DNA from: Rhynchobatus australiae
Taxonomy: Eukaryota
Assembly (NCBI GenBank): GCA_034780895.1
Contig: JAUZTB010000072.1
Coordinates: 8,289,476 to 8,353,475 of the forward strand
Direction of reading: 5' to 3'
Length of the DNA stretch: 64,000 nt
The notes beneath the pieces were generated by a model. The model saw only the letters and a program-made list of their open reading frames with translations, was not told the origin of the DNA and did no database searches. Of this stretch, positions 1 to 13,942 are shown piece after piece. A program made the translations under genes and the position numbers. The first letter of the stretch is position 1; each line of letters opens with the position of its first letter.

Positions 1-110
1 CCTTTCCAGTCTAGATGAAGGGTCTCAACCTGAAATCTCAACTATTTCCCTCCACAGGTGCTGCCTGACCTACTGAGTCCCTCCAGCTTTTTGTGTGTTG
101 CTCCAGATTC
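1..110 (+). mobile_element. Penelope-like element terminal repeat with degenerate hammerhead-like motif
   Basis: tagatgaagggtctcaacctgaaatctca followed by the family tail ...tgctgcctgacc..ctgagt.cctccagc, which recurs many times in the window. Confidence 0.7.
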
Positions 111-589
111 TTTTTGTTGTCTCCTCCCACCTCATCAGCCTCTATGTTGAATGAATCATTCTCTAGGAGAGAGGGGAGGAGGTGAGTGCAGGTATACAAG
201 GTGGAATGGATGCAATTGAGGGGCTGAAAACTATGGTGGAGGGAGATCTGCTGTTGAGGAAAAAGGCACATCAAGTGCACTGGCAGAGTATGTGACATTG
301 TCAGAACAAACAGAATGGAGAAACTGGAAGCATGGAAAAAGTCCGATGTCAGAGGCTGAAGGTATCCAGCAGACACTGGCTGAAGACCTACATCCAGAAA
401 ATGAAATAGAAATCAAGAATGATTCATATGAAAGTAAAGAAAGGGTTGAAATTGGAAGCAAGTTTCATGGAATTTACCAGAGCAAGAAACAGCCTCAATC
501 ATTAATACCTCTGAACAAGATGAAAAGGGACCTGGTTAAGCCCAGAATAAAGAATGTTCCTCATCTCTCACAGCAAACCAGGCCTAGTT

Positions 590-765
590 AGCACCCTTAC
601 AGATCTCCATGGTAACAGCTTCCAGCTGGAGGAAGTGAGGGCCTTCTGCTTCCTCCAACAGAGGAGAAACCAGTCCCCCTCCATCACCCTCCTCCACCAC
701 CTGGCTCAACTTCTTCCCACATTGAACTACTTCTCCTTTGACTCCGTTCACTTCTCTTAAAACAA
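590..765 (+). mobile_element. Penelope-like element reverse transcriptase fragment (decayed)
   Basis: Translation RAFCFLQQRRNQSPSITLLHHLAQLLPTLNYFSFDSVHF resembles the PLE RT segment L..L.LTLN.FSF...HF. Confidence 0.6.
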
Positions 766-1749
766 GGACACAAAATACAAGAGTGAGTTTGATCAGTTTA
801 TCAAAATCCTTGAAGGTATGTAACGACATTGGACTCGTTTCAAAACCCAATTTGCTTTTGTGGTATTGTTGATGCTTCTGTTTTTATACTGAAGTTTCAC
901 CAGATTCTTCCTAGTTGTTTCTAATTGCTGATATTACACAATGGCATTTGGGACATAAGGCTACTGCATCATTAGGCTAACTCAGTGCCTATTATATGAT
1001 TCAATGTGTCAAATCAAGCTGGTGATTAGGAAAGGAACAGCCAGTATTCAGCCACAAGCAGGTAGGAACGTCTCAGGCTGAAGTGACCATTGCCATCATT
1101 CTCTGAGGAGCTGAGTGAGTGACAGCTGGCAGCTGGGATTCCCCATTACAGTGGGGAATGCACCTTCTGATCCCATGCCAGCCAGACTTGGCATGGGATC
1201 AGAATTCCCATTAACTGGAAATTGGAAGGAAAAGGTGGGTTATTTATTTCTTTCATTTACTTTGATTTTAATATCCTAGTATTTTACTGTACTTTAATAA
1301 TTTTTATATTTATTTAGAAAGTATAATTAACATATATTGAACTATTTTAAACAACTTGAATACGTTTTAAATGTCTCTGGATATAGAAAGCATTTCAAAA
1401 CTCCTGCAGAACGTCGCAGAATCTGACAGAAGATGAGACTCTGCCATTGCCTGCTGTTAAAATCTTAGTTTATATATTGATTCCATGGGACATGTATATC
1501 ACTAACCACACCAGCATTTCTTGGCCATACTTAATTGCCCTGAAAAGGAGGCAGTTGAGAATCAACCACATGGGTTGATGTGGAGTCACATGTAGGCTGG
1601 ACAGGTAAGGACAATAGAATTTTTTCTGAAAAAGGATGAACAAACCAGATGTGTTTTTAACAACAATTTGAGGGTTCAGTTGTTACCTTTAGTGAGACTA
1701 GCATCTTTGAAAGAAAGTCACATTTATTTAATTGCCTGAATGTAATGTT

Positions 1750-3243
1750 CACCTTGTGAGAAGAGCAACTTGTTGTTGGTTGTGGAGTGCCCTTGTGAGG
1801 TGTTGCCTGGTCCCAAAGGTATCCAACACTTTCAGCACATTAATATCACGTGGAATAAATTGCGTGGTTGAAGACTGACTTCTGTGTTGGTGGGGCCTCT
1901 GTGTGAGATTGAATTGGATAATCCAGGGCACTTCTGGCTGAACGTGGTTGAGAATGTTTGTCTTGGCATCAACAACCACATTCCCTGATGAAAGCGACGA
2001 TGCTCTCGGGGCTTCTTGCTTTCTTCCTGTTACCTCTTTCATTGTCCACCACAGCTAGATGTGACAGCACTGCAGAGCTTTGATTTGACCCATTGGTCAT
2101 GGTCTTTATGTATTGCACACACTTCTGCTGTATAGCATACATGTAGTTCAGTGCTGCAGCTTCACTAGGTTGGCACCTCCCCACCTCGCCATTTGCAGGT
2201 ACACCTGATATTGCTTCCAGCATGCCCTATTGCACTATGATCTTGACTTGATAGTAGTGGTAGATGAGGGATATGTTAGGCCATGAGGTTACAGACTGTG
2301 GTGGTGTCACTTATTCTGCTGCTGGTGGTCCAGACCCCTCAGGAATTCCCAGAGTGGCCAGATCTGGTCTGAGTCTATCCCAATTAGCATGATCGTAATG
2401 GCACACAATACAATGGCAGGTATTCCGATGGTGATGGTGGGATCTGGTCTCCTTAGAACTGTGTGGTGGGATCATTTTTCTACCAAGGCTTTCATATCTG
2501 CAACAGGCAGATTGCTGAGGACAAGGTGAAATAGATTGATTCCTTGTTGGTTCACCATCTCCTCAGGACCAGTCTGGCACCTACGTCCTTCAGGCGATGC
2601 TATCCAGCCTTCCTTGATGATGGGACATTGATTCCTTACCTAGAGTATATTTTTGCACTTGTTACTTACAATACTTCAAAGCTGTGATTCACCCACTGAG
2701 GGAGACACAAGGTGGCAATCAGGAGGATTCCTTGTTCATGTTTCAGCTGCTTACCATTGGATTTCACGGAGTCTGAAGTCAACATTAGGGACCCTTGTTC
2801 TACCACCATACTACCTCCTCTGGTAGTACAGGGACTGTGATGCAGCAGTCTGGCATGTCACCTCTGAGGGTTGATTCTGTGAATGCGACTATGTCAGGCT
2901 GCTGCTCGGCTGGTCTGTGGGACAGCTCTGGCCACTGAACCCAGAAACTGGTGAGGAGGACTTTGCAACATTGACAGGGCTGGGAGTGACTTTGCCATGT
3001 CTGAATTCAGTGCCAAGGTCATTGCTGGTGGTCTGCCCAGTTTCATCCTTTTTCCATTTCAAAATAGTGGCTATGGTATAACTGGGTGGCTTGCTAGGAA
3101 ACTTCAGAAAGCAGTTCAGAGTCAGCCACATCACTGCAGGTCTGGAGGTGCATATATAACAGACTTGACTCCCCTGAAGGGCATTGGTGAAACAACGGGG
3201 ATTTTGCTACAGTTGTTGAGGTTATTGTTGGTAAGGACTTTCT
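1750..3243 (-). mobile_element. Decayed CR1-clade LINE fragment
   Basis: Frameshifted ORF2-like pieces (e.g. FIPRDINVLKVLDT); same family as 28990-29790. Confidence 0.7.
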
Positions 3244-4035
3244 NNNNNNNNNNNNNNNNNNNNNNNNNNNNNNNNNNNNNNNNNNNNNNNNNNNNNNNNN
3301 NNNNNNNNNNNNNNNNNNNNNNNNNNNNNNNNNNNNNNNNNNNGTTTTACAAAATGCCCCCTGATCTGTCCATTCTTCTGGCTCTGGTCACTTGAGCATT
3401 ACTTTCATCAATCAGTGGCTGCTTTTGTTCAGTTGTTTAGGCAAAGTGAAAATTACATTTACCTTTCCACAACAGTACAATTGTGAGCTTTGGAAGAATA
3501 CTTAACTGTTATTCTTTTAGTTTTCTGAGAATCTGAAAAGTAGGCCAGGTAGGATTGCAATCTATTTGTCAAATAATTCATGATAATAATGCAAAATGTT
3601 CAATGGATAAATATGCTAATTAAAGAACATTGCTCCTTTAAGACACAACTTTACCACTGATCCTTGTCCTCAAAAGTCACATGTGGCATGGAAACTTCTG
3701 AGGCAGACTTGATGGATTAGCTAGTCATTTCTTGCTTGTAAACTTCTTATTCAAGATATGGACAACAAACAAGCAAAATAGCATAATATCTGTTACACCA
3801 TTTGGCAAAAGAAAGAGATTCTCTTTAATACTTGAGCAAGTTTAATTAATTTGGATCCCTTTTTGCTTTCAATTGGAGTTTATGCTCGTACTTATGAGAC
3901 TTCACAACTCTTCTGCACATGCCTTCTTTGGTCATTTTTGTTGTCAGGGTTTAAAAATAGCAAAAGGCACATTTTTAGAATTGGTATGTCAAAAATATGT
4001 TTGAATCCCTAATCAATATAGATTCTGAGATTTAC

Positions 4036-4212
4036 CTTCAAAGTATCCAAGGCAGAAAGTGCAGCCTCCAGAGCCGGAATAGCCTCTGCCAGTTCACTCT
4101 CACACTCGTTTTTCAAAGCCTGAGCTTCATTTGCTTTCTCAGTAGCTGCTTCTTCATCTACTTTCACAACTTTGCTCTTTGCTTCCACTTCTGCAGATTC
4201 TACCTCTATCAC
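4036..4212 (-). CDS. DNAH12: Axonemal dynein heavy chain (DNAH12-like) internal exon, stalk coiled-coil region
   Basis: AG acceptor (4213-4214) and GT donor (4034-4035); 177 nt, phase 0/0; VIEVESAEVEAKSKVVKVDEEAATEKANEAQALKNECESELAEAIPALEAALSALDTLK. The AQALKNECES.LAEAIPALEAALSALDTLK stretch matches recalled DNAH12 better than DNAH3 or DNAH7. Confidence 0.85.
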
Positions 4213-4955
4213 CTTGAGAAATAAACAACACAACTTTGAGATGCCATTTGCCAATTAGTATAAAGTAACAGATTATTATTCTCCACAACATCAATTATTA
4301 AATGTTCAATTATTTTTCTGTGCTATATAAATTGCATTTAAAGTCAGATTAACTAATATGTTAACAGTTACTCAATATTTCATCATAATTTAAAAAAACC
4401 TTTAAATAAACATTTCAAATAATAATCTCAGTAGCTCAAAGATAAAAATCATTCATTTTTTGCTCTTAAAACTGAACTTAAATCTCGCTGATCATCTTAA
4501 CTTCTCAAAATACAATGGCCGATAAATTGTAGTTTGTCATTACAGGTATGGTGGTACAGGAAAGATTTGAAAATCGATTCCTCATCCAATACTTTATTTT
4601 CTACTGAGGTAACTAAAAGCAAAATAAAACTTTTGAAGGACCGGATCCCCTTGTATCCATCATTGATTGCTATGCTGGAAATTAATGCTGCCCTTGATAA
4701 GCTCAAGTAAAGCACCCTCTCTGAGAAGCATCTAGCTGATATTTTACTGACATTTCTATCAGAATATTTATAGTAATGGTTTGAATTAGAGACAGGTTTG
4801 AGGCAATTGGCCATTGTCTGTTGGGCCACATTTGAGGCAGTAGATCCACCTCAGGTTATCAGCTGACAGAACAAAAACTGCCCAAACACAGGTGGTAGTG
4901 CAAAGGCACATCTGACCATTGCAGTGCTGAAAGCCATTTTCCATCTTGGGTTTAC

Positions 4956-5036
4956 CTGCATCATATGAGCATTTTCTACTTTTGCTGTTTCCAGTTTTGG
5001 TTGCAGTTCCACCAGTTCTTTTTTCATCTCACCCAC
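4956..5036 (-). CDS. DNAH12: Axonemal dynein heavy chain (DNAH12-like) internal exon
   Basis: AG/GT boundaries; 81 nt, phase 0/0; VGEMKKELVELQPKLETAKVENAHMMQ; splices in frame onto the 4036-4212 exon. Confidence 0.85.
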
Positions 5037-6122
5037 CTACAGAAGCATGACATCAAATGGTCAATTTAACTTAAATACACAACAACTAAATATCCATTTA
5101 TGTTTCATTTCAGGAAAAGCAATTTTTCCTTTATAATGTCCCTGTGTTAACATAGAGGTAAATTTTCCCCGTCACTAAGTAGCTCTTATGAAAAGGTGCT
5201 GAACATTTTATTCTCCCCAACTGCTCATTATTCAGTGCATTCAAATTATGCTTTCTGTGCATGACTTGCTAGATGGATACCAGGTTCAATTTCTGCTCTA
5301 TAGCGAGTTAACTAATCTCATTCAGTGTTAAATTAGCTCTGGTTTCCTGTGCTTGGGCAGGGGAAAAATAGCCAAATGTTTTTCAGTGACTTCCACTGGA
5401 AATTCTGCACTTATGTAATCTTTATCCCCGAGGAAGCAGTCATTTGCATGGATCTTAATTCCAATCTGTATTTATGTGGTAAACTACTTGATAAAGATTT
5501 ATTAACGCCTGTTGTAGTTTTGCAGTTTGACTTTCTCCCAATTCTTCCTGTTTGTGTTCACAGTATTTGGTTTCCAGGATCCACATCTGTAGTTATCTGA
5601 AAATTCCAGTCGTGGACACAGCATGAAAATAAGGAGCACACTTCCCATCATCTACTCCTACTCTTTCTGGTAAGTGGAAAATCACCACTCCATCAGTCTG
5701 TTTCCTTTTGTTTAAAATGTTATTTATTTGTTTGAATCAAAGTTACACAGAAGAAAAATAATGCAGTAGGGAGTTAGCAAATATCAAAGGATTTTACTGC
5801 TTTGCAGAATTCTTGCAGATTCAGTCCTCATGCAAAGAAACACCAGAATATCCAGTTTGGTTATTTTATGGTGGAGTGAAACATGATCCTGCTGACTGCA
5901 CTGAGCCCAGCGTGGCCTAGCATTAACCAATACCAAACTGGGGAAAAGAACTAACAGCCAGATCAACAGACCTCAACATTCAGAATTGTCAGTAAACCCA
6001 GATTACAGACAAACATTGGCTCACAACTTGTCTTAAACTCGTGCACCCAAGGATTGCCTAAATGGGTGATAATCAGACGAGCCCTGGGGTGAGTTCTATG
6101 CATCCTGTCTAATTTGGAAATA

Positions 6123-6437
6123 CAGGCTGTCCCTGGGTTACAAACAGCTGTCGTATGGGCACCCCGACATATGAACAAACTCCCATATTTCTATTAAATT
6201 CTAAAGTCTGATGCCTGTACAAACGTTTGTTCCTATGAACAGCAGAACTAGTTTCCCCTCTCTCCCCACTTTTATATATTTCTCTCCTATCACATATGTG
6301 GTTTTGATGCCATTCATTACAATACAGTGGAGGTATGGCACAATATGGAGTGATTTTTGTGTATTTTCCGACTTGCGGACAAAACCGACATTGATATCTG
6401 TGAAAACAGAACGTGTCTGTTACCTGGGAACAGTCTG
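6123..6437. mobile_element. Tc1/mariner (Tigger-like) MITE
   Basis: Imperfect TIRs: CAGGCTGTCCCTGGGTTACAAACA (left) versus CAGACTGTTCCCAGGTAACAGACA (reverse complement of right); TA on the left flank. Confidence 0.65.
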
Positions 6438-7624
6438 TGAGTGTTCCAGGCTACATCCTGCAGCATTCATCGCTTTCTGACTGAACGGCATCTGGGAAAG
6501 CTCATTGGCAAGATTACAATCTTGCATCTTGGTTTTTCGTTGCAAGATTTTAAATATTAAGCAAATATAGCTTACTATCCTAATCAAGTATTACATCAAA
6601 TTATTTTAGATTGGGTGATCAAATACAGTACATTTCAAATTGATTAAATAATGGAAAGATTCACTATACGTAATTTAATCTTTATGTAATTGGTCTCATT
6701 ATTTTATCCACATCAAATTAACCTGTGGGTGAATACATCTTATGCAGATGCAACCATTTTAAAATTAATTAAATGCATCACTTGCTTCATAATTATTATT
6801 CATTTGCCAATTTAAAAACATGGACCCTAGAAATTCAAAGAAAATGAGCAATATCAGATTTGGCTTGGAACTGTCTAATAACTATCAAGGGACCTTCAAA
6901 ACAGATAGGCTATGGAAGCTCAAGCATTATAGATGGAAATCTAACTGTCCTTGTAGATGTAGCACCATTTGTATCCTTCCCTTCCTCACCCACCACCTCC
7001 CCAATTCTCCAGCCACCACAACTCCACCGTCAAAGAACTGAGGAAGATCCCTACGGTCAGCAAGGGGAGAAGTTGAGAAATTTCAACCCCTCAAGGCAAT
7101 GAGACAGACTGCATAAATGTATGACCCAACAGAGACATCCAGCTGGCGAGAGGTTTCTTTCTAGTTCTCACTTGAATCTCCAACATGGCTGGAAGATACA
7201 GGAGGATAATTGGTCCAACTGGTCTCTCAGTGAGAGATTTACTCCTGTTCAACTATGGTACACTGAATTGGTTTTGTTAGTTGAACTCCAGTCCTGTTCA
7301 TAGTTGGTGTCTCCAATTCAAATATCAATCCATGGAAACTCACTGGATTACATTCAAAATTGTTGGACATAATAAGCACATCAGGCAGGATCAGTGGAGG
7401 GGTAAAAACAACAGTTGGTGTTGAAGGACTATGACATCTGCAGTACTTTGCTTGTTTGGGGGAACTAGATGTTCAGAATATAAGGCCAACAGAAATTCTA
7501 ATTTTTTCAGTGGCTCAATGTGGTAATTACTCTTGGAGAGTATGGTGGTTTCTTCATACTTAGTTGCTTGGCTGGCCAAATTGAACATCTCTACATCAAT
7601 GCACTTTGTACTAACTGAATGCAA

Positions 7625-7717
7625 CTGCACTGTGTAATGAATTGACCTGTACGATCTGTTTTTAAGACAAGCTTTTCACTGTACCTCGGTACAAGTGACA
7701 ATTATAAACCAATACCA
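7625..7717 (+). mobile_element. Rex1/Babar LINE 3' tail
   Basis: Closely matches 23628-23720 (...cactgtacctcggtacaagtgacaat.ataaaccaatac). Confidence 0.75.
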
Positions 7718-9329
7718 AAAGCATTTTCTTTTGGGACCTTTGAAAATATTAAACAAAATCTGAAACAGATTTCACATTAACCTATTTTGAAACATTTCAT
7801 AAAATCTGGAGGCTTTACCTGTAAATCTATTCCACTTTACATAAAGGGTCTGATGATAAGAAATAGTGTTTTCTTTAGAGGTTCGTAGGCAATAGAAAAT
7901 GTATTTTAAAAACCCCCAATTTATAATCACAAATATATAAAATATTTTTGTAGGAAAGGAAATTAATCCAGATTCAAATGATGACTGCTGTGATTACCTA
8001 ATAAAGGAAAAACAGATATTGGTGGCTATTTACAATTATTTTATCAAGGAGAAAAGTGCAGAAGGAAGTTGTAAACACTATCAACCTGTTAAAAAAATTT
8101 GTAAAGACAGTGTAAATTTTAAAGTCCATGAGATAGTGATTTTAATCGCTCATTGTTTCAAACCTCCAGAACCATTACTGGTTTCAAGTAAATTACATGT
8201 TAAAACACATACAAATTCTGCTCATAGCTCACTGCATTATTTGCTTCTCATTGTTTGGTAGCTATCTGAAAATAAACTAGTCTGTTAATTTTTAGAATTT
8301 GTTTTTATGTATGTGACTAAAAATATCAGAGTCTGGTCACATCTGGTTAAAATAAAATGTTTCATGAGTCACCCTCAGAGGTGACTTTGTTTGCCAGAAT
8401 GATCCTCCCTGCCAAATATTTGTGCTCGAGAAGACGGTTGTTACTCTAAAAGCAAGATCTTTTTAATTTGCTCATCATCCCCACTGTAGTAAATCCATGC
8501 TTATCCCAAACTGGTAATCTTTTCCAGGGTCAGCATGTGTCTCCAGAGGAGTAGTTCCTGGCATTTAATAGATTTTATTTAGAATGTATAGGGGGTCTAC
8601 CCTAACTACTTAATGCTAATGATCATGCTGTACAAGATATTTCCTCCCGTTCTTCATCTACACCCCAGCATTTTTATTCCTTTTGCCCCTGTATACTATC
8701 CAGCATCGTTTTAGATGATCCATATCTACCTCAATAGTTCCAAGTGTTCCACACTCTAAAACCTTCTAGGTGGGTACCTCCACCAATGTGGAGTGGGCAT
8801 TCGTTGGGCTGGTGCAAACTGCTCTGAGGGCTGGATCGGGACAAATATCGGGGTTGCACTTCATCCAGCCCCAGAGGGTGAGGGCAAAAACCTGCTCCAC
8901 ATCCTGCCACACTTCTATCTCTCCCCAGTCTTAGTAGTTGATGGCAGCTGAAGAAGAGCTGGTTCTCAACAGGAGCCACAATACCTTTGCTGGCAAGTTT
9001 AATGTTTTTTAAGATGTAAAAAGGTGTTCGTGCAGTCGTAGCTGTTTTGCCCACAGGAAACAAACATGGCTCCGGACTTCTGAACATTACGATTAAGAAA
9101 AATGTAGTATTACCTTTCTGAACATTTGTCTGTTCTGCCTGCAACTCAACAGCAACTTTTCTTTAAGTTCATTCTGCAAATTAAGTGGAGCCTGGAAAAG
9201 ATCCCCCCCCCCCCCACGCACCCCCATCAATGAAAATTCCTGGCAATAATATTGTCTTGTTGAACTTACTTTTTCCACTTGTCTCTTTAATATCATCCAG
9301 TTTTCAGAACTTCTATGAGACAGAGTAAC

Positions 9330-10205
9330 CCTGAGTTTATAATTCCCTGTCACTTTAATTCTCCATCGTAATGCCACCCTGACCTCTGGGTGTCTGGCCT
9401 CTTACATTGCTCTCAGGAGGCTTCACATAAGCTTGAAGAACACAATCTCATTTTCAACTTGTCACATTAAAGCCTTCTGGGCACATCATCAGATTTAACA
9501 GTTTCGGATAATCAATCAATTCAGCTTTGTATCTGACTTTTAACAACGTTTGTTTCTTTCTCCCTTACTCCAGTATTTCAAATTTCATTCAGGCTCCTAT
9601 TNNNNNNNNNNNNNNNNNNNNNNNNNNNNNNNNNNNNNNNNNNNNNNNNNNNNNNNNNNNNNNNNNNNNNNNNNNNNNNNNNNNNNNNNNNNNNNNNNNN
9701 NCTGTTTCCTTCTACAGGTCAACAACAAAGTGAACTCCACTGCTTTGTTCTGAAGTATCTGCCACCCCGAAAGGCATCTGAGACGTGGCCGTCCACACAA
9801 ATATCTGTTTCCCTCTACAGGTTGACGACAAAGTGGACTCCACCGGATTACTCCAAAAATCCGTATGTGGATTGTGGTGACAGTTACTGTTTTTCATCCT
9901 TTGATAGAGACCAGCAAGCTGCTGTCTCTCTCTCTCTTCTGACTTCTCCAAAAACATTATGTCCTTTATCTTCTGTTGACAGAATCACGCCACACACACT
10001 ACTGTGCTATGTCTTAAAGGAACATTCCCCAATAGTAACCTAATCTGTAACACTTTGCCCTGCAACTTAAATTTGTTTTATTTATAACTTACCCATTTCT
10101 TATGTAAAATCGCTGAGCTGAAGTGGTGGCTACTTTTCTTTCCACAGATGCTACCTAACCTGTTGTGAAATTTCAACATTGTGTTTTTAATTTTAGATTT
10201 CCAGT
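9330..10205 (+). mobile_element. Penelope-like element 3' part, interrupted by a gap and an LTR-like insert
   Basis: 9370-9510 resembles a decayed GIY-YIG C-terminus (GLLHC..E..KLEE..LIF...). The family terminal tail resumes at ~10053-10205 (ccacagatgctacctaacctg...tttagatttccag). Confidence 0.6.
9702..10052. mobile_element. LTR-like fragment
   Basis: Internal 39-bp imperfect direct repeat (9702-9740 and 9805-9843); ends in ...TGTAACA where the interrupted PLE resumes. The other end is lost in the N gap. Confidence 0.4.
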
Positions 10206-13200
10206 TTTTTTAAAATCTGGATTTCCATTCACAATCTCTTCAAGTCACTGCTTTCACTCCCAAGGTGTCCCGCTTTCCTAGTCATAACGCAGCAGCTTTG
10301 GTATTGACCATGTTAAAATATTTGTTTTCAGCAGTACTTCCATTTCACTGCATGGGACTCCAAATGTCTGACATTAACCTCCATGCGTTCACATTCTATT
10401 ACTTTGCACTGATGTAATAGTAATGTCATTGTACCCAATGTGAAGAATCTGATTTTCTCCAACACTTTTTTTTATTTTAAAGGTCTATCATATGGAAATC
10501 TTCTTTGAATGAGATTATCCTTGCACTGACTGGATTATCAACCTAGTGTATTTTATCTAGATCTACTTGACCCTCATGTATTGAGAATGGTACTTTTAAT
10601 AATTGGACATTTGTAGCAAATTAGAACTATCATTTTATGCACTATTTTTAGAAGACATCTTCCTGATGCCTACAAACAGGTCCTACATGTATTGGTCCAA
10701 GAGACTGTCATTAGAAGTAAATTTCTTTCCTTCTCCAATGAAAACCATTCAATTTAGCAAGGTTCATACTGGCATCTTTTTAGACTTTTTTCCCCAGTGT
10801 CAAGTTTGGAAGAGCATTTACACAAGTGACATAGGGAGAAAAATGTATTCAATTACAATAGCTGATTTTAAACTGTTAGTCTGTGCTTGCTGGGATTTAC
10901 TGTTCCAGGAACGTTATACATTTATCAGCTCTACCTATGATTAATTACTTTTGCTGCTTTAAGCTGATTGGGAGTGCAAATTCTTTTTCATTACTCCAAA
11001 TACATAGATCTTTTATAGATTGCACTTGAACAATTTGGAATAACACAAAGTACTTTTCCTATCTCCATAATATACAATTATTCTTATTCCTGAATTTTAA
11101 ATGCTTTTTAGATTTGTACATCCAACGAATATGTAAGAAACAATGCTGACATTATTCAATATTTCCTGGTCTCCACATTCATCAGTTGAGAAAGGGAGCA
11201 CTAAAATTTGTGTACAGTCTTTCAAAAACACAAAACCTACCCCAATGTTTTATCAGAATGCACAGGATTAGTAGTTCCCATGAGATAATCTGAAAGAATG
11301 CAACATACAGCAAGAATGTGAACAGTACTTCCAAAAACTGGGGAAACTCTAATACTTAAATAGGTGAGAGATACATTTTGATCTAGCTATAAACAAAAAG
11401 TGATAATAGATAAGTGGCAGGTGCTCCTAGAAGACCCCTGGGTCTTTTGGCATTATGCAAACACAAGTTTTGGTTGGAATGGGGATGTGAAGAATCCCTG
11501 AACAGTCCAGCCATGTTCCCTCACACAAAATGAGAAAAATATAGAGTGAAGTTTCTTTTTAAGACTTGCTGAAACATTTATTTTAGCAGCACTAGAACTC
11601 CAGGCTTCTCTTATTGGAACCTGCCAAGTAGTAACTGAATTGAAGGCAAACCTACATTCCACCATTTGAGTACTGCAAGATGGCAGCCAGTGTAACAAAT
11701 GCTGAAAGAGCAGCCTAATTCCTTGTAAAATTGATGACATATTGACTCAGGGCAACAATGCTTATGAATTGCAAGAAACGGATTATTTAATATGCAGTTG
11801 ATTAAATTACAAATGTAAATTTGTAGACAAGATTCTTCAAATAATGACATGCATTATTGTAAATTCTTGTATTCTTTTATAATCGAGTCAGCCCACCTAA
11901 GATGGTAACATTGGTTCTTTAGCATCTCATCATTGCCTCCCCTGGCCCTCCAGCATCAGATTCCAACTGGCTCTTCTATTTTCCAAACTATAGTGAACAA
12001 CATAACTAACATTATATCAAGCAATATATTTTTAAATGGGTTGAAAGCTTATATCCATTATCGAAACCCAACTCAGGGATTAAGCTCCCAAAGAACCGTT
12101 ATGCAGTTGTACAATGGGAGATACAGTAAACCCTCAATTTTCACGTGATATCAGTTGCCAGAAATGATGAAGTCAGCTCATCATTCTTTTCCCCTTAAGG
12201 TTGCAGTAAATTGAAAGCAAACCACACTTATTTTGAAAAGCTGAAACTTAAAAATCCAAATCAAAATCTATTGTCTTTTGTTGCCAGATTGAAGAGTGCA
12301 GGTGTTCAAGAGAGTCCCCTTCCATTTTAAATAGCTTAATTTATTTCATGGACTCTTTTCCATTAACCTGATCAAAAAGTATTAACTGTTACAGGTTTTC
12401 ACAGATGCATGTTTGAAAAAGTCTCCAAACATGTTCCCTATCATTTGTTGCAGCAAACAAAACCTTGTTAAAGAACAAATTGAATTATTGCTGTAGCAAG
12501 TTTTTAGAGAATGTTCACTAATTGGGATGTGGAGTGGGGGAGACCCATAGTCTAGATGGGCAACAGGTGGCAAAATATGGCAGATGCAGAAAATCCAATT
12601 TACACAAAGGAATTGAGGTAAGAAATTAGATAACATTAAAGAGGAGGATTAATGTTTCAGATCAATGACACTGTGTTCTCATAGAAGACAATCCACCTGA
12701 AGCTCTGCTTCTGTTCAGATGCTGCCTGGCTTGCTGAGTGCTTCTAAATCCTTCTGTTTTATCATCACAGATGCACAACTACTTTCAAAAATATTCTGAA
12801 CCAAAAACTCTTTTTTGGTGTGCAATTTTAAGAGGATAGCTTAAGGGTAAATGTCATCTGCAGCCAATCTACTGCCAGTAATGTTTAAGGAAGGTAATAG
12901 TAGACATAATGGACGGAAAACCCTGTTCCAATATTTCTTCCTTTTTTGTCATAAAGAATGTTTATTTTACACTGAAAGGTTAAGAGTGATGGAGAACCAA
13001 GAGTTCTGAATTCTGAAACAATTCATGCGAATTTGTGGACAAAAGATTGTTGACAACAATACANNNNNNNNNNNNNNNNNNNNNNNNNNNNNNNNNNNNN
13101 NNNNNNNNNNNNCAAAATGGTGCTGCATGCAAGTACTGTACTTACAAATCTGACACTAATGCAATTATCAAAAGTAAAAGAGTAGCAACATTCAGTAATA

Positions 13201-13352
13201 CACATACCATGTGTACAGGCCAATTTCTTAAGACTAATCTCCAATACAAATCATACAAGGATTTTGAACAAAGTTAATGAACTTGTAATACCTGACTTCA
13301 AAAGGGCAAAGACACACCAAAATGCTTCCATTTTCACTCTATAGTTCTTTCA

Positions 13353-13358
13353 TTTATT
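13353..13358 (-). terminator. Candidate HP1BP3 polyadenylation signal
   Basis: AATAAA on the minus strand downstream of the stop codon, followed about 30 nt later by a GU/U-rich tract (TTTTGGTGTGTCTTTG). Confidence 0.5.
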
Positions 13359-13942
13359 TTCATGACTAGGCAGTAATGTCGAAGCTCAATATACTATGGC
13401 ACAAATAAACTTTCACATTAGCTCAGGAGGGTTCTCCCCCCACCTCCCCAAAGTGTATGTATCATCTGTACATATCAATTACCTTATTTAAAAGAAAGCT
13501 CCAATTAATGAATTCTCTAATCATGATTTCCGTTTAATTCAACTAGCATTTTGGTTTGCTCCCCACTTAAAAGGTAAAAATCGAGTGTGTTGCCTACAAT
13601 TTTGTTAAAAGGTCNNNNNNNNNNNNNNNNNNNNNNNNNNNNNNNNNNNNNNNNNNNNNNNNNNNNNNNNNNNNNNNNNNNNNNNNNNNNNNNNNNNNNN
13701 NNNNNNNNNNNNNNAAAGGTCACACACTTAAATATAAAGTGTTAAAACCCCTTAAACTAAAAAAACATTCTTGAAACAAGTTGATGTCCAACAGCTTATC
13801 TAAAATAGCATTCTACGGAATTATCTAAAAATAAGTTTCTACTTTTTTCTAGGTTAGCTGCAGAAAAGTATTGTGTCACGTGGCGTGTTTCAAATGACAA
13901 ACACATGCACCACCGAAGAAGAGCTTTCCAGCTTTGCTCTTG

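Noticed and set aside
8731-9144. 137-aa minus-strand ORF as a missing dynein or SH2D5 exon
   Set aside because: No resemblance to either protein and no convincing splice boundaries.
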